From an uncultured cyanobacterium (GTDB lineage: Bacteria; Cyanobacteriota; Cyanobacteriia; Cyanobacteriales; Cyanobacteriaceae): a stretch of 12,593 bases of DNA. Numbering within the stretch: position 1 is the stretch's first letter; the number at the start of each line of letters is the position of its first letter. Shown here piece after piece: positions 1-8,645 of this stretch. The stretch lies in contig CAVVOP010000006.1 in the NCBI GenBank assembly GCA_963749915.1, positions 1 through 12,593 on the forward strand. The letters run 5' to 3'. The notes under the pieces were generated by a model. The model had not been told where the DNA came from. It ran no database searches and saw only the letters and a list, made by a program, of their open reading frames with translations. A program made the translations under genes and the position numbers.

Positions 1-188
1 CCACATTCCGCACGTCAAACTGTATAAATTCAGATTACGAGGTTAGAGGTTGAACAGTGATTGACTACGACAAGAAATACTCGGTGATTAGTTCTCTAGC
101 TTATAAAGAGAACTCAGATAAATTAGTAGAAAAATGAGCAACGTTTAAGGGATAATTAAATTCAGTTTTTAATTTAATTTTGGAAATA

Positions 189-1735
189 ATGTTTTCAGAA
201 GATATACAAGTTCAAACCATTAATCATTTAGGATTAATTGCTGGAGTTATAGATGAAATTGGCATTGAAGAAATTATTAATGATGCCCTCGGTATTGACG
301 AGAGGGAAATCGTGACAGCAGGTCAAATAGTCAAAGCAATTATTCTGAACGGATTAGGATTTATTTCTCGACCTCTTTATCTATTTCCACAGTTTTTTTA
401 AGATAAAGCAACCGAACATTTAATCGGAAAAGGAATACTACCTGAGCATTTGAACGATGACAGAATTGGAAGAATAATGGATCAACTTTATGAGAAAGGA
501 TTATCTCCATTATTTTTAATCATTGCTTTAGCCACAGTAAAAAAATATGACATCAACATCAATTTTTCCCATTTGGATTCAACATCTTTTGCAGTAGAGG
601 GGAAATATAGTCAAGAAAAAATCACCAAAAACTTGGTGAAAGAAAATGCAGAATTAGAGTTAATTAATCAAATTCCAATTAAAATAATTAAAGGTTATTC
701 CCGTGACCATAGACCAGATTTAAAACAATTTATTTTGGATTTAATTGTGAGTGGTGATGGTGATATTCCACTATTTTTAAGAGTAGCAGATGGTAATGAA
801 AATGATAGAGCAGTTTTCGGCAAAATAGCGAAAGAATACAAATCAATGATAGATTTTGAGACGATGATAGTGGGTGATAGTGCCTTATATACAGAAAATA
901 ACCTGAAATTAATGAGTGGAATAGAATGGTTATCGAGAGTGCCACTATCAATAAAAGAGGCAAAAAATTTAGTTTCAGAACTATCAGAATCTGATTTGAC
1001 TCCAAGTAGTTTAGAAGGATATTCATGGTGTGAAGTAAGGAATAATTATGCAGAAATTGAGCAAAGATGGTTAATAGTAGAAAGTGAAAAAAGAAAAGTA
1101 TCAGAGCTAGAAAAACTAAGGGAAAAAATAGAGAAAGAAAAAGAAAAAACCGAAGAAATATTAAAGAAATTGATGAAAGAAGAATTTAGCTCATCAGAGG
1201 GAGCTTATGAAACAGTTGTGAGACTAAATAAGACTTTAAAATATCATCACATAACCGAGCTAAAAATGACAGAAAGTGAGTTAAATAATCACAAGAAAAA
1301 ATCGAAAAAGAAAGAAGAAAAATCGGGAAAAACTTATCAAGTTACGGCTATTTTGAAATCAGATTTAACGAAAATAAACGAATCAAAAAAAAGAGCAGGA
1401 AGATTTGTGTTAGCTACAAATAGATTGGATAAAAGTAAATTTAATTCTGATGAAATTTTAATTAAGTATAAAGAGCAACAAGCCGCAGAAAGAGGTTTTA
1501 GTTTTCTGAAAGATGGGGCAAAGAGAAGTGCGTCGCTTATTAGAGGAGAGAAAAACGGGGATAAAAAATCAGCTAGGAAAACTAACGGAACGTCCAACGT
1601 TAAGATGGATATTTCAATGTTTTCAGGGGATTCATTTAGTAATAAATCAAGGAAAAAAAGAGCAGGAAGATTTGTGTTAGCTACAAATAGATTGGATAAA
1701 AGTAAATTTAATTCTGATGAAATTTTAATTAAGTA
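189..1735 (+). pseudogene. IS1634-family DDE transposase, inactivated
   Basis: ORFs 180-401 and 450-1736 are in one frame, split by TAA at 399-401 (FPQFF*DKATEHLIGKG). Motifs HLDSTSF, GYSRDHRPDLKQF, GDSALY, ERGFSFLKD. After FLKD (~1514) the family C-terminus (GQREVRR...NQLGKLTERPTLRWIFQCFQGIH) continues in a shifted frame, implying an internal deletion. It is then cut by a duplication and the IS5 insertion. Confidence 0.9.
1386..1735 (+). repeat. Perfect 83-bp direct repeat (1386-1468 and 1653-1735) inside the IS1634 transposase
   Basis: AAAAAAAGAGCAGGAAGATTTG...AATTTTAATTAAGTA occurs twice, 267 bp apart, which explains the repeated KKRAGRFVLATNRLDKSKFNSDEILIK peptide. Confidence 0.95.
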
Positions 1736-1889
1736 GGGTTTGCTGAATTAAGATAAAACCTTTGTGTGAAGGGGAATTTAACCCCAAGGAGGTGCAAGGA
1801 AAAATGAGTTATAATCGTTGCAACCCTAATCAAATCGTTTGTAATTACTTGCACCTACACTTAGATTTAAAATTTCAACAAAAAGTATA

Positions 1890-3277
1890 ATGTATCTCAA
1901 GAATCAATCATCCTCCACCAATACCAAAAATTTTATCCTTTCTAATCAAATGTTGGATGAAAATAACCGTTGGATAGTAATGGCGAACCTGATTCCTTGG
2001 CAAGAATTGGAGGAAGAATATGCGAATATTTTTAGTGAGAAATTAGGAGCACCTGCCAAACCATTTAGAATGGCACTGGGTGCATTAATAATTCAACAAA
2101 AATCAAGAATAACTGACCGAGAAACAGTAGAACAAATACAAGAAAATCCCTATTTACAATGCTTTATTGGCTTGAAAAAATTCAGCAATAAAATACCTTT
2201 TGATTCATCAATGATGGTGCATTTTAGAAAAAGAATAGATAGTAAAATAATCGATAAAATAAATCAAAAGATAGTATTAGAAGAACTAAAAAAAAAGAAG
2301 AAATAGAAGAAGATGACTCAAAAGAAAAGATAAAAAATAAAGGAAAACTAATTTTAGATGCGAGTTGCACCCCAGCAGATATAGCATTTCCAACGGATTT
2401 AGGATTATTGAATCAAGGGAGAATGCAAACAGAAAGAATCATAGATAAATTACATGAGGGAGAAGGAATTACGGTAGGTAAAAAGCCAAGAACATATCGA
2501 GAAATAGCCCGAAAAGAATATTTAAAAGTGTCGAAAAAAAAGAAGCCCAAAAAAGAAGAAAGAACAGAAGCAATCAAACTTCAATTGAGATATATGAGCA
2601 AAAATTTAAAAAGTATAGAAAAGTTAATAAATCAGGGAATAAGTTTGTCAAAATTGGGTAAAAAAGACTATAAAAAATTATTAGTAGTATCCGAAGTATA
2701 TAGACAACAAAAAGAAATGTATGAAGAAGAAAAAAACAGAATAGATAATAGAATAGTGAGTATAAATCAACCACATATACGCCCAATAGTTAGAGGAAAA
2801 GCAGGGAGTTCAGTAGAATTTGGCGGAAAAATAAGTATAAGTGTATATGAAAATTATGTGTTTTTAGACAAATTAAGTTGGGATAATTTCAATGAGTCAA
2901 CACATCTAATAGAACAAGTAGAAACATATTATAAATTAATGGGTTATTATCCAGCTACAATTCATGTAGATGCGATATATAGAACGAGGGCAAATAGAGC
3001 CTATTGCAAGGAAAAAGGGATAAAAATGAATGGACCTGCATTGGGAAGACCGAAGAAAAATGTAAGTATAGAGGAGAAAAAAGAGACAAGAGAAAATGAA
3101 AAAGTCAGAAATAGAGTAGAAGGAAAATTAGGGGAAGGAAAAAGAAGATACGGGTTAAATAAAATAATGACAAAACTGCCATCAACATCAATGACAGTTA
3201 TATCACTAACATTTTTAGTGATGAATTTATCATACCTGTATCGGCAGATACTGCTGATTTTTTGTGTCTATTTTTAG
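1890..3277 (+). CDS. IS5-family transposase in two frames joined by a -1 shift at an A9G run
   Basis: ORF1 has NRWIVMANLIPW, GAPAKPFRMALGAL, ENPYLQCFIG, FDSSMMVHFRKR. The -1 frame after the A-run at 2288-2296 reads KEEIEEDDSKEKIKNKGKLILDASCTPADIAFPTDLGLLNQGR into ORF 2408-3277 (RIVSINQPHIRPIVRGKAG, VDAIY, RNRVEGKLGEGKRRYGL). Confidence 0.88.
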
Positions 3278-3378
3278 AAATAAAATATCGTCAAAAGCGA
3301 TCGATAACAAAAGATTATCAAACGATAAGTGAAAATCAACAAGAACTTATCTTAATTTCTGTTTATTACTACTAATGA

Positions 3379-3606
3379 ACCTCAGTTTTGGTTAAGATTC
3401 TTTCGTGAGGATAGGAGATAGGAGCCAGAATTCAGGATTCAGGAGCTTTATACTTAAATAGTAGTTTTGAATTTCTACACTATTGAAATTCTTAAACACA
3501 AATCACGGGAATTGAATCTAGAAAATTTAACAACAGTAATATCGGATTTGAGCAAATTTCTTAATCTATAACTATTAGAGCTGATTCCCTTATCCAATAC
3601 TCAGGT
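3379..3606. mobile_element. 228-bp MITE-like element inside the IS5 3' region
   Basis: Imperfect 18-bp inverted repeats ACCTCAGTTTTGGTTAAG (3379-3396) / CTTATCCAATACTCAGGT (3589-3606), 15/18 match. Flanked by direct repeat TAATGA (3373-3378, 3607-3612). No ORF. Confidence 0.7.
3410..3444 (+). repeat. STRR-like heptamer tandem array (5 units)
   Basis: GATAGGA GATAGGA GCCAGAA TTCAGGA TTCAGGA. Confidence 0.75.
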
Positions 3607-3775
3607 TAATGAATCTTTTTGTGATTTATTCAGCAAACCCTACTTATATTTTGTCCAAAATAAGTTGCTTGGTTTTAATACTTTTATCATCTTACAAAGT
3701 GACGTGCGGAATGTGGGTTTAATCATTTTGCGTTAACAACTTCAACTTTTATTGAGCCAAAAATTGGCGATAAAA

Positions 3776-3850
3776 TAGAGGTAAATGAAGTGTTATGCCG
3801 TTATCTTTAATATCTGCTTCTAAACTTGTTCCAACTCCTGTTTACCTCTA
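3776..3850. repeat. 10-bp inverted repeat just downstream of nrsA (small TA-bounded element or 3' stem-loop)
   Basis: TAGAGGTAAA (3776-3785) / TTTACCTCTA (3841-3850), 55-bp spacer. Confidence 0.5.
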
Positions 3851-3858
3851 CTAGTTAC

Positions 3859-6800
3859 TTAATTCTCTCTACCTTCATTATTAACCATCGTGATTAACTC
3901 TTTTGTATTGTTCTCAGAACTAAAATCTGTGACAGGGGATTTTTTTTGAGGTTTCGGCATTAACCATTTACCAAATTTGGCATAAAGAGCCGGAATGACT
4001 AGTAAAGTTAAAGCCGTGGAGGTAAATAAGCCTCCTAAAACTACGATTGCCAAAGGTTGTAGAATTTCATTCCCCGCCCCCGATGCGATCGCCAAAGGAA
4101 ACATTCCTAAAGCGGAGGTAAATGCTGTCATCAAAATTGCATTGACTCGATCTAATGAACCTTTAAAGATAGTTTCTTTTAAACCCATTCCCTGAGCAAA
4201 CTTACTATTGTAATTATCCACAAGTAACAAACCATTCCTCACGGCTACTCCAAATAGAGTAATAAACCCAATCAGAGAAGCGATCGAGATTACTCCCCCA
4301 GTAAGCATGATGGAAATAATACCCCCCACTAAAGCTAAGGGTAAATTAATCATAATAGCAACGGTAGCAGGAAAGGATTTAACGGAGAAAAACATTAAAA
4401 CCGCAATGACGATCGTCGCTAGGACGCTATAGACTAATAAGTTATTGGTCGCATTTTGTTCAGCTTCAAACTGTCCACCATATTGAATAAAATAGCCTTT
4501 AGGTAATTGAATTTGTTTGTCAATACTGGTTTGAATATCACTGACAACGCTTCCTAAATCCCTTTCAGCCACGTTAGCAGAAACCACAATTAAACGAGAA
4601 ACATCCTCACGATTAACCACATTTGCACCCATACCATAATCTACTTTTGCCACTGTTCCCAAAGTAATCATTTTACCTGTAGGAGTAGTAAGGGGAATAG
4701 AGCGAATAGCATCTAAACTATTTCGTGCCGATTCTGGTAAACCAACGGTGATATTAATTAACTGTTGATTTTCTGGTACTTGAGAGACAACTTTACCATT
4801 GAGAGCCGTTTCTACCACTTCAGAAATTGCCGACATGGTTAAACCATATTGAGCTGAAGCTTCTCTGTCGTAATGAATTTGTACTTGACGAATGGGCAAT
4901 TGAGGTTCAAGTTGAAGATCAACAACCCCTTCAATTGATTCAATGGCATCTCGCACCTGTTCCCCAACTTGACGCAGTTCAATTAAATCAGGACCGTAAA
5001 TTTTAATGGCGATCGCACTTCTGACACCTGATAACACCTCATCCATGCGATGGGAAATAAAACCACCAATATTAGGAGCGACACCGGGTAACTTGAGAAA
5101 CTCCTCCCGCAACTGTTTTACGCTTTCTTCCCGATTTTTAAGAGCAAGATCGCTCAATTCCACATCAACGTGAGCCATACTTACCCCTGCACCATCAGCA
5201 TCTCCCGGCGCACGTCCTGCTCGTACTTGTATCCATTCAAACAAAGGATTTTCCCCAATAGATTTAGACAAAGCCATACCTGCACGGTTAGTCATATCAA
5301 GGGAAACACCCGGAAATAATACCATCGAGTTAACCATTGATTTCTCTTGAAATTCAGGTAAAAAGACTCGTCCTAACGAGGGAACAAGAGCAATAGTCGC
5401 TACTAAGGAAGCTAAAGCTAATCCGAGAATAATTTGAGGAGCTTTGACCGATAAATTCAGTAAAGGGCGATATAACCTTTCAGCTAAACGAGAGATGAAA
5501 GTACCTTCTTGGGGTAATCTTTGATTAGCTAATAAAATCGCACATAAAGCCGGAGAAAGAGTCATAGCCACTAAAGTAGAAGCAGCGATTGAGAGTAAGT
5601 AAGCTAACCCCATCGGGGCAAAAATGCGACCTTCTACCCCACTTAAGCTAAAAATTGGCGCAAAGACCACAATAATAATTACTGTGGAAAAAACTACCGC
5701 TAATCTCACCTCTACTGAAGTATCATAAACCACTTGCAAAGGGTGTTTCGGATTACCTTGCGCCTGATTTTTGCGTAAACCTCGATAGCAGTTTTCCATG
5801 TCAACAATAGAATCATCTACTACTGAGCCGATCGCCACCACTAAACCCCCTAAAGTCATGGTATTAATGCCTAAACCAAAGGCTTTCATCAACATTAAGC
5901 CAATTAACAGGGACAAAGGAATTGCACTTAAGGTAATAGCTGCGGTGCGCCAATTCATCAAAAACAGCAACATTACCACAGAAACAATGATAATACCTTG
6001 AATTAGAGAACCACTAACATTACTGATAGCGGTATCAATAAAATTGGCTTGACGAAATGTTCTGGATATTTGCACATCAGGGGGAAAAGTCGGCTTTAAT
6101 GATTCCATTACTGCTTCTACCGCTTTAGTGACGGTGGGAGTATCCACATCAGGTTGCTTATTAACCATCAATACCACCGCAGGTTGCCCATTAAAACTCG
6201 CATCCCCCCGTTTTAGAGCAGATCCGGTCTTAATTTCCGCTACATCCTCCAGTAAAATCGGTTTATCACCTTGTACCTTAACGACAGATTTCTTTAAATC
6301 ATCAACGGATTTAACTTGACCAATACCTCTAATGAGTAACTCTTGACCCCCACCAATGAGAAAACCGCCAGGGGCATTTGAATTAGCTTGTCTGGTAGCT
6401 TCTGTAACTTCATTTAGAGAAACTTGGAGAGATTTTAGCTTTTCGGGGTCAATTAATACTTGTTCTTGGCGTTCATTACCACCATAGATAGTTACTTGAG
6501 AAACTCCAGCTACAGATAAAACTTGATTACTGAGGGTAATTTCCACTAAACGGCGTAGCTCCATTAAGGAAGTTTGACCTTGACCGTTAACAGTGAACGC
6601 ATATTGTAAAATAGTCCCCAAAGGAGACACTAAAGGCGAAATTTCGGGAGGATGAGTACCTTCAGGTAGTTGACTTGTTACCTGTTGTAATCTTTCCATA
6701 ACAGCTTGTCTAGCTTTGTAAATATCAGCATTTTGGTCAAATACCACGTGTACCATTGATAATCCTACCTTAGAGGAAGATCTAACCTTTGTTACCCCGG

Positions 6801-7041
6801 GTAAACCATTAACCGCACTTTCAATGGGTACAGTAATTTGGGTTTCCACCTCATCAGGAGCAAGTCCAGTGGCTTCCGTTTGAATATCCACTTGAGGAGG
6901 AGCAAATTCAGGAAAGACATCTAAGGGCATTTGGGTAACGCTGATTAGTCCCCAAACCGTGACAAAAATAGCGGCGATAACGATAAACCATCTTTGAGCA
7001 ATGGAATTTTTCAGTATTTGATTAAGTAATGAGTTGAGCAT
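3859..7041 (-). CDS. nrsA: CusA/CzcA-family heavy-metal efflux RND permease, NrsA-like
   Basis: 1060 aa. Motifs PLDVFPEF, TM4 GGLVVAIGSVVDDSIVDMEN, FLPEF, GFITLFGVAVRNG, AILMTA, LQPLAIVVLGGL. Syntenic with nrsB and nrsRS. Confidence 0.9.
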   Translation of the reverse strand: MLNSLLNQILKNSIAQRWFIVIAAIFVTVWGLISVTQMPLDVFPEFAPPQVDIQTEATGLAPDEVETQITVPIESAVNGLPGVTKVRSSSKVGLSMVHVVFDQNADIYKARQAVMERLQQVTSQLPEGTHPPEISPLVSPLGTILQYAFTVNGQGQTSLMELRRLVEITLSNQVLSVAGVSQVTIYGGNERQEQVLIDPEKLKSLQVSLNEVTEATRQANSNAPGGFLIGGGQELLIRGIGQVKSVDDLKKSVVKVQGDKPILLEDVAEIKTGSALKRGDASFNGQPAVVLMVNKQPDVDTPTVTKAVEAVMESLKPTFPPDVQISRTFRQANFIDTAISNVSGSLIQGIIIVSVVMLLFLMNWRTAAITLSAIPLSLLIGLMLMKAFGLGINTMTLGGLVVAIGSVVDDSIVDMENCYRGLRKNQAQGNPKHPLQVVYDTSVEVRLAVVFSTVIIIVVFAPIFSLSGVEGRIFAPMGLAYLLSIAASTLVAMTLSPALCAILLANQRLPQEGTFISRLAERLYRPLLNLSVKAPQIILGLALASLVATIALVPSLGRVFLPEFQEKSMVNSMVLFPGVSLDMTNRAGMALSKSIGENPLFEWIQVRAGRAPGDADGAGVSMAHVDVELSDLALKNREESVKQLREEFLKLPGVAPNIGGFISHRMDEVLSGVRSAIAIKIYGPDLIELRQVGEQVRDAIESIEGVVDLQLEPQLPIRQVQIHYDREASAQYGLTMSAISEVVETALNGKVVSQVPENQQLINITVGLPESARNSLDAIRSIPLTTPTGKMITLGTVAKVDYGMGANVVNREDVSRLIVVSANVAERDLGSVVSDIQTSIDKQIQLPKGYFIQYGGQFEAEQNATNNLLVYSVLATIVIAVLMFFSVKSFPATVAIMINLPLALVGGIISIMLTGGVISIASLIGFITLFGVAVRNGLLLVDNYNSKFAQGMGLKETIFKGSLDRVNAILMTAFTSALGMFPLAIASGAGNEILQPLAIVVLGGLFTSTALTLLVIPALYAKFGKWLMPKPQKKSPVTDFSSENNTKELITMVNNEGREN

Positions 7042-7145
7042 TTTAATTATTAGGGTTATTTTCTCACAAAGGGCGCAAAAAAGTTTGTAGTAATGGCTTT
7101 AGCCATTGATAAATCAGCCTTAAAAGGCTTACTACGAACTAAATA

Positions 7146-7850
7146 TTATTTAATCTTGGCTACGAGGTTTTTTCTTATTTTTGCCCCCCGTCTTTTCTTA
7201 TTTTTGCCCCCCGTCAAAGCAGGAATAGTAAATAATCCCGTCAATCCCACTATCCCTAAACCACCAATGCCGATTAATGTTTTAAAAATGGGAAATCCTG
7301 CTGATTTTTCACTATTTTCGGCGGAATTAACTAGATTACCCTCTTTGTCGTGACTATGGGGAATTCCTTGTTTATCTGCTTGCGCGTGGGTGGTAGAATC
7401 GGTAATTATTGGTTCACTGGTGGTTGTTTCGGTTGTATCTGCACTTTGAGTTTTACGGGATTCTGCATAAAGGGATAAACTACCCTGAGTTACTAATTTT
7501 TCTCCAATGGATAATTCTTGAGTAACTTGAATCAAATCTCCTTCTGTTATACCAGTAGTTACTTCCACAGGTTCATAAAAATTTTCATACTGCACAAAAA
7601 CCAATTGTTTACCATCTGCATCTACTAAAGCGGTAACGGGAATCATTACCCCTACACCATCGGAAGCGGCTTTTTCAATCGCATTTACTTCAATGCCAAA
7701 TAAGCCATCGGTTTCGGGATTTACTTGTACTTTCTCAATCCCTCCTGTTGCCTGAAATTCATCTCCATGTCCGACATGAGCAAATGATATACTGGGGGTA
7801 CTTAAAATTAAACTAAGACTTAAAATACTTGTTAATGATAATGATTTCAT
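7146..7850 (-). CDS. nrsB: NrsB-like short periplasmic adaptor/accessory protein of the RND pump
   Basis: Signal peptide followed by AHVGHGDEF. MFP C-terminal-like segment IPVTALVD...VFVQYENFYEPVEVTTG...GEKLVTQG, then a C-terminal TM helix. RBS GAGGAG upstream. Resembles Synechocystis NrsB as recalled. Confidence 0.85.
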   Translation of the reverse strand: MKSLSLTSILSLSLILSTPSISFAHVGHGDEFQATGGIEKVQVNPETDGLFGIEVNAIEKAASDGVGVMIPVTALVDADGKQLVFVQYENFYEPVEVTTGITEGDLIQVTQELSIGEKLVTQGSLSLYAESRKTQSADTTETTTSEPIITDSTTHAQADKQGIPHSHDKEGNLVNSAENSEKSAGFPIFKTLIGIGGLGIVGLTGLFTIPALTGGKNKKRRGAKIRKNLVAKIK

Positions 7851-7888
7851 AGTTACTCCTCACTTGAGCTTTATAAATTTGTTTACAT

Positions 7889-7923
7889 AGTTTGCCACAA
7901 GTAAGATGAAATTGAGATGAAAT
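7889..7923 (-). promoter_or_regulatory. OmpR-type direct-repeat box (putative NrsR site) and -10 of the nrsBA promoter
   Basis: Minus strand TTTCAT-N5-TTTCAT (plus AGATGAAAT at 7904-7912 and 7915-7923, 11-bp period) sits at the -35 position, followed by TGgCAAACT (7897-7889). This matches the TTTCA direct-repeat architecture known for Synechocystis NrsR/CopR promoters. Confidence 0.75.
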
Positions 7924-7988
7924 GATGTACTGAAAGATTATAATTTTTGTAGATATAGATTATTAATCAAATAATGTATTAAGAATAA

Positions 7989-8069
7989 TAGACATCTCCA
8001 ATAATTCCCAAAACAAGGGCAGAAGCTCTTACTACAAGCCAATGAAAAATATTTTTGTGGAGAAGTCTA
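7989..8069. mobile_element. 81-bp TA-bounded MITE-like element
   Basis: Inverted repeats TAGACATCTCCA (7989-8000) / TGGAGAAGTCTA (8058-8069), 11/12 match. Confidence 0.65.
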
Positions 8070-8095
8070 ATTTGTTTTCTAATAAATATAGAATT

Positions 8096-8428
8096 ATGCA
8101 CAAAGAAAATTTAGAAAAATGGCAGCACTCTCACTATTTTATTTTGGATAATCAAAAAGGTGAGAAAAAAACCCAAATAGTCATGGCTTTAACTGCTATC
8201 ACCATGATCATAATCTCCAAGCCGCCTATATTCATGTATTAGCAGATGCTTTAACTTCTGTTTTGGCGATTGTAGCTCTCTTTAGTAGTAACTCACTATC
8301 CTCAACCTCCTGAATATTATAAAAAATTACTGCAACATATTCCTAAATTGACTCATATTTTAATAGAGGTAAATTGTTGTGATGGAGAACCTTGTTTTTC
8401 AGAAAATTTAACTTATGTTACTCATTAG
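8096..8428 (+). pseudogene. dmeF: DmeF-like CDF Co/Ni efflux transporter remnant with two internal deletions
   Basis: Three fragments in shifted frames: MHKENLEKWQHSHYF...EKKTQIVMALTAITMI (8096-8209); HHDHNLQAAYIHVLADALTSVLAIVALFS (8200-8286, CDF TM5 HxxxD motif); LVVTHYPQPPEYYKKLLQHIPKLTHILIEVNCCDGEPC...* (8282-8428). Confidence 0.85.
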
Positions 8429-8447
8429 ACATCTCAAATAATTTCCA
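8426..8447 (+). repeat. Second, unpaired copy of the MITE left end
   Basis: TAGACATCTCAAATAATTTCCA vs TAGACATCTCCAATAATTCCCA (7989-8010), 20/22 identical. No matching right end was seen downstream. Confidence 0.7.
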
Positions 8448-8645
8448 TTGGTACGATTCCTCATGGTATTATTTATAGCTGTAAAGTCTGGCAAAATAGG
8501 GTTTTTTAGGCTTTGAAATAAGTAAAAATTAGGCATCATGAGTTAGTGTTGTTACTCAAAGATAGTTACTTAGAGTATTTCAAAAATTAGATGAAATTAA
8601 AGTAATTAAGATAAAATCACAACTGTTATCAACAAAATCTGAAAA

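Larger units (their letters stand above)
1736..3640 (+). mobile_element. IS5-family insertion sequence nested in IS1634
   Basis: Terminal inverted repeats GGGTTTGCTGAAT (1736-1748) / ATTCAGCAAACCC (3628-3640), with TA on both flanks (1734-35, 3641-42), enclosing an IS5-type transposase. Confidence 0.9.
1..3716 (+). mobile_element. IS1634-family insertion sequence, degenerate, with a nested IS5 element
   Basis: Perfect 17-bp terminal inverted repeats CCACATTCCGCACGTCA (1-17) / TGACGTGCGGAATGTGG (3700-3716) enclose IS1634-type transposase fragments. The left flank lies outside the window, so the target duplication cannot be checked and the ends may extend by 1 nt. Confidence 0.9.

Noticed and set aside
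730..2786. Minus-strand ORFs 730-1026, 1337-1597 and 2574-2786
   Set aside because: Antisense shadows of A-rich transposase genes, with no recognisable motifs.
3995..7353. Plus-strand ORFs 3995-4195, 5798-6001, 6128-6319 and 7093-7353
   Set aside because: Antisense to nrsA/nrsB, with no independent coding evidence.
8042..8242. 66-aa ORF as a real gene
   Set aside because: Its start lies inside the 81-bp MITE and its tail is out-of-frame dmeF sequence. It is better explained as part of the dmeF pseudogene.
8576..8618. Full NrsR box upstream of nrsR
   Set aside because: Only one good half-site. The next similar sequence (AGATAAAATC) is 20 bp away rather than 11.
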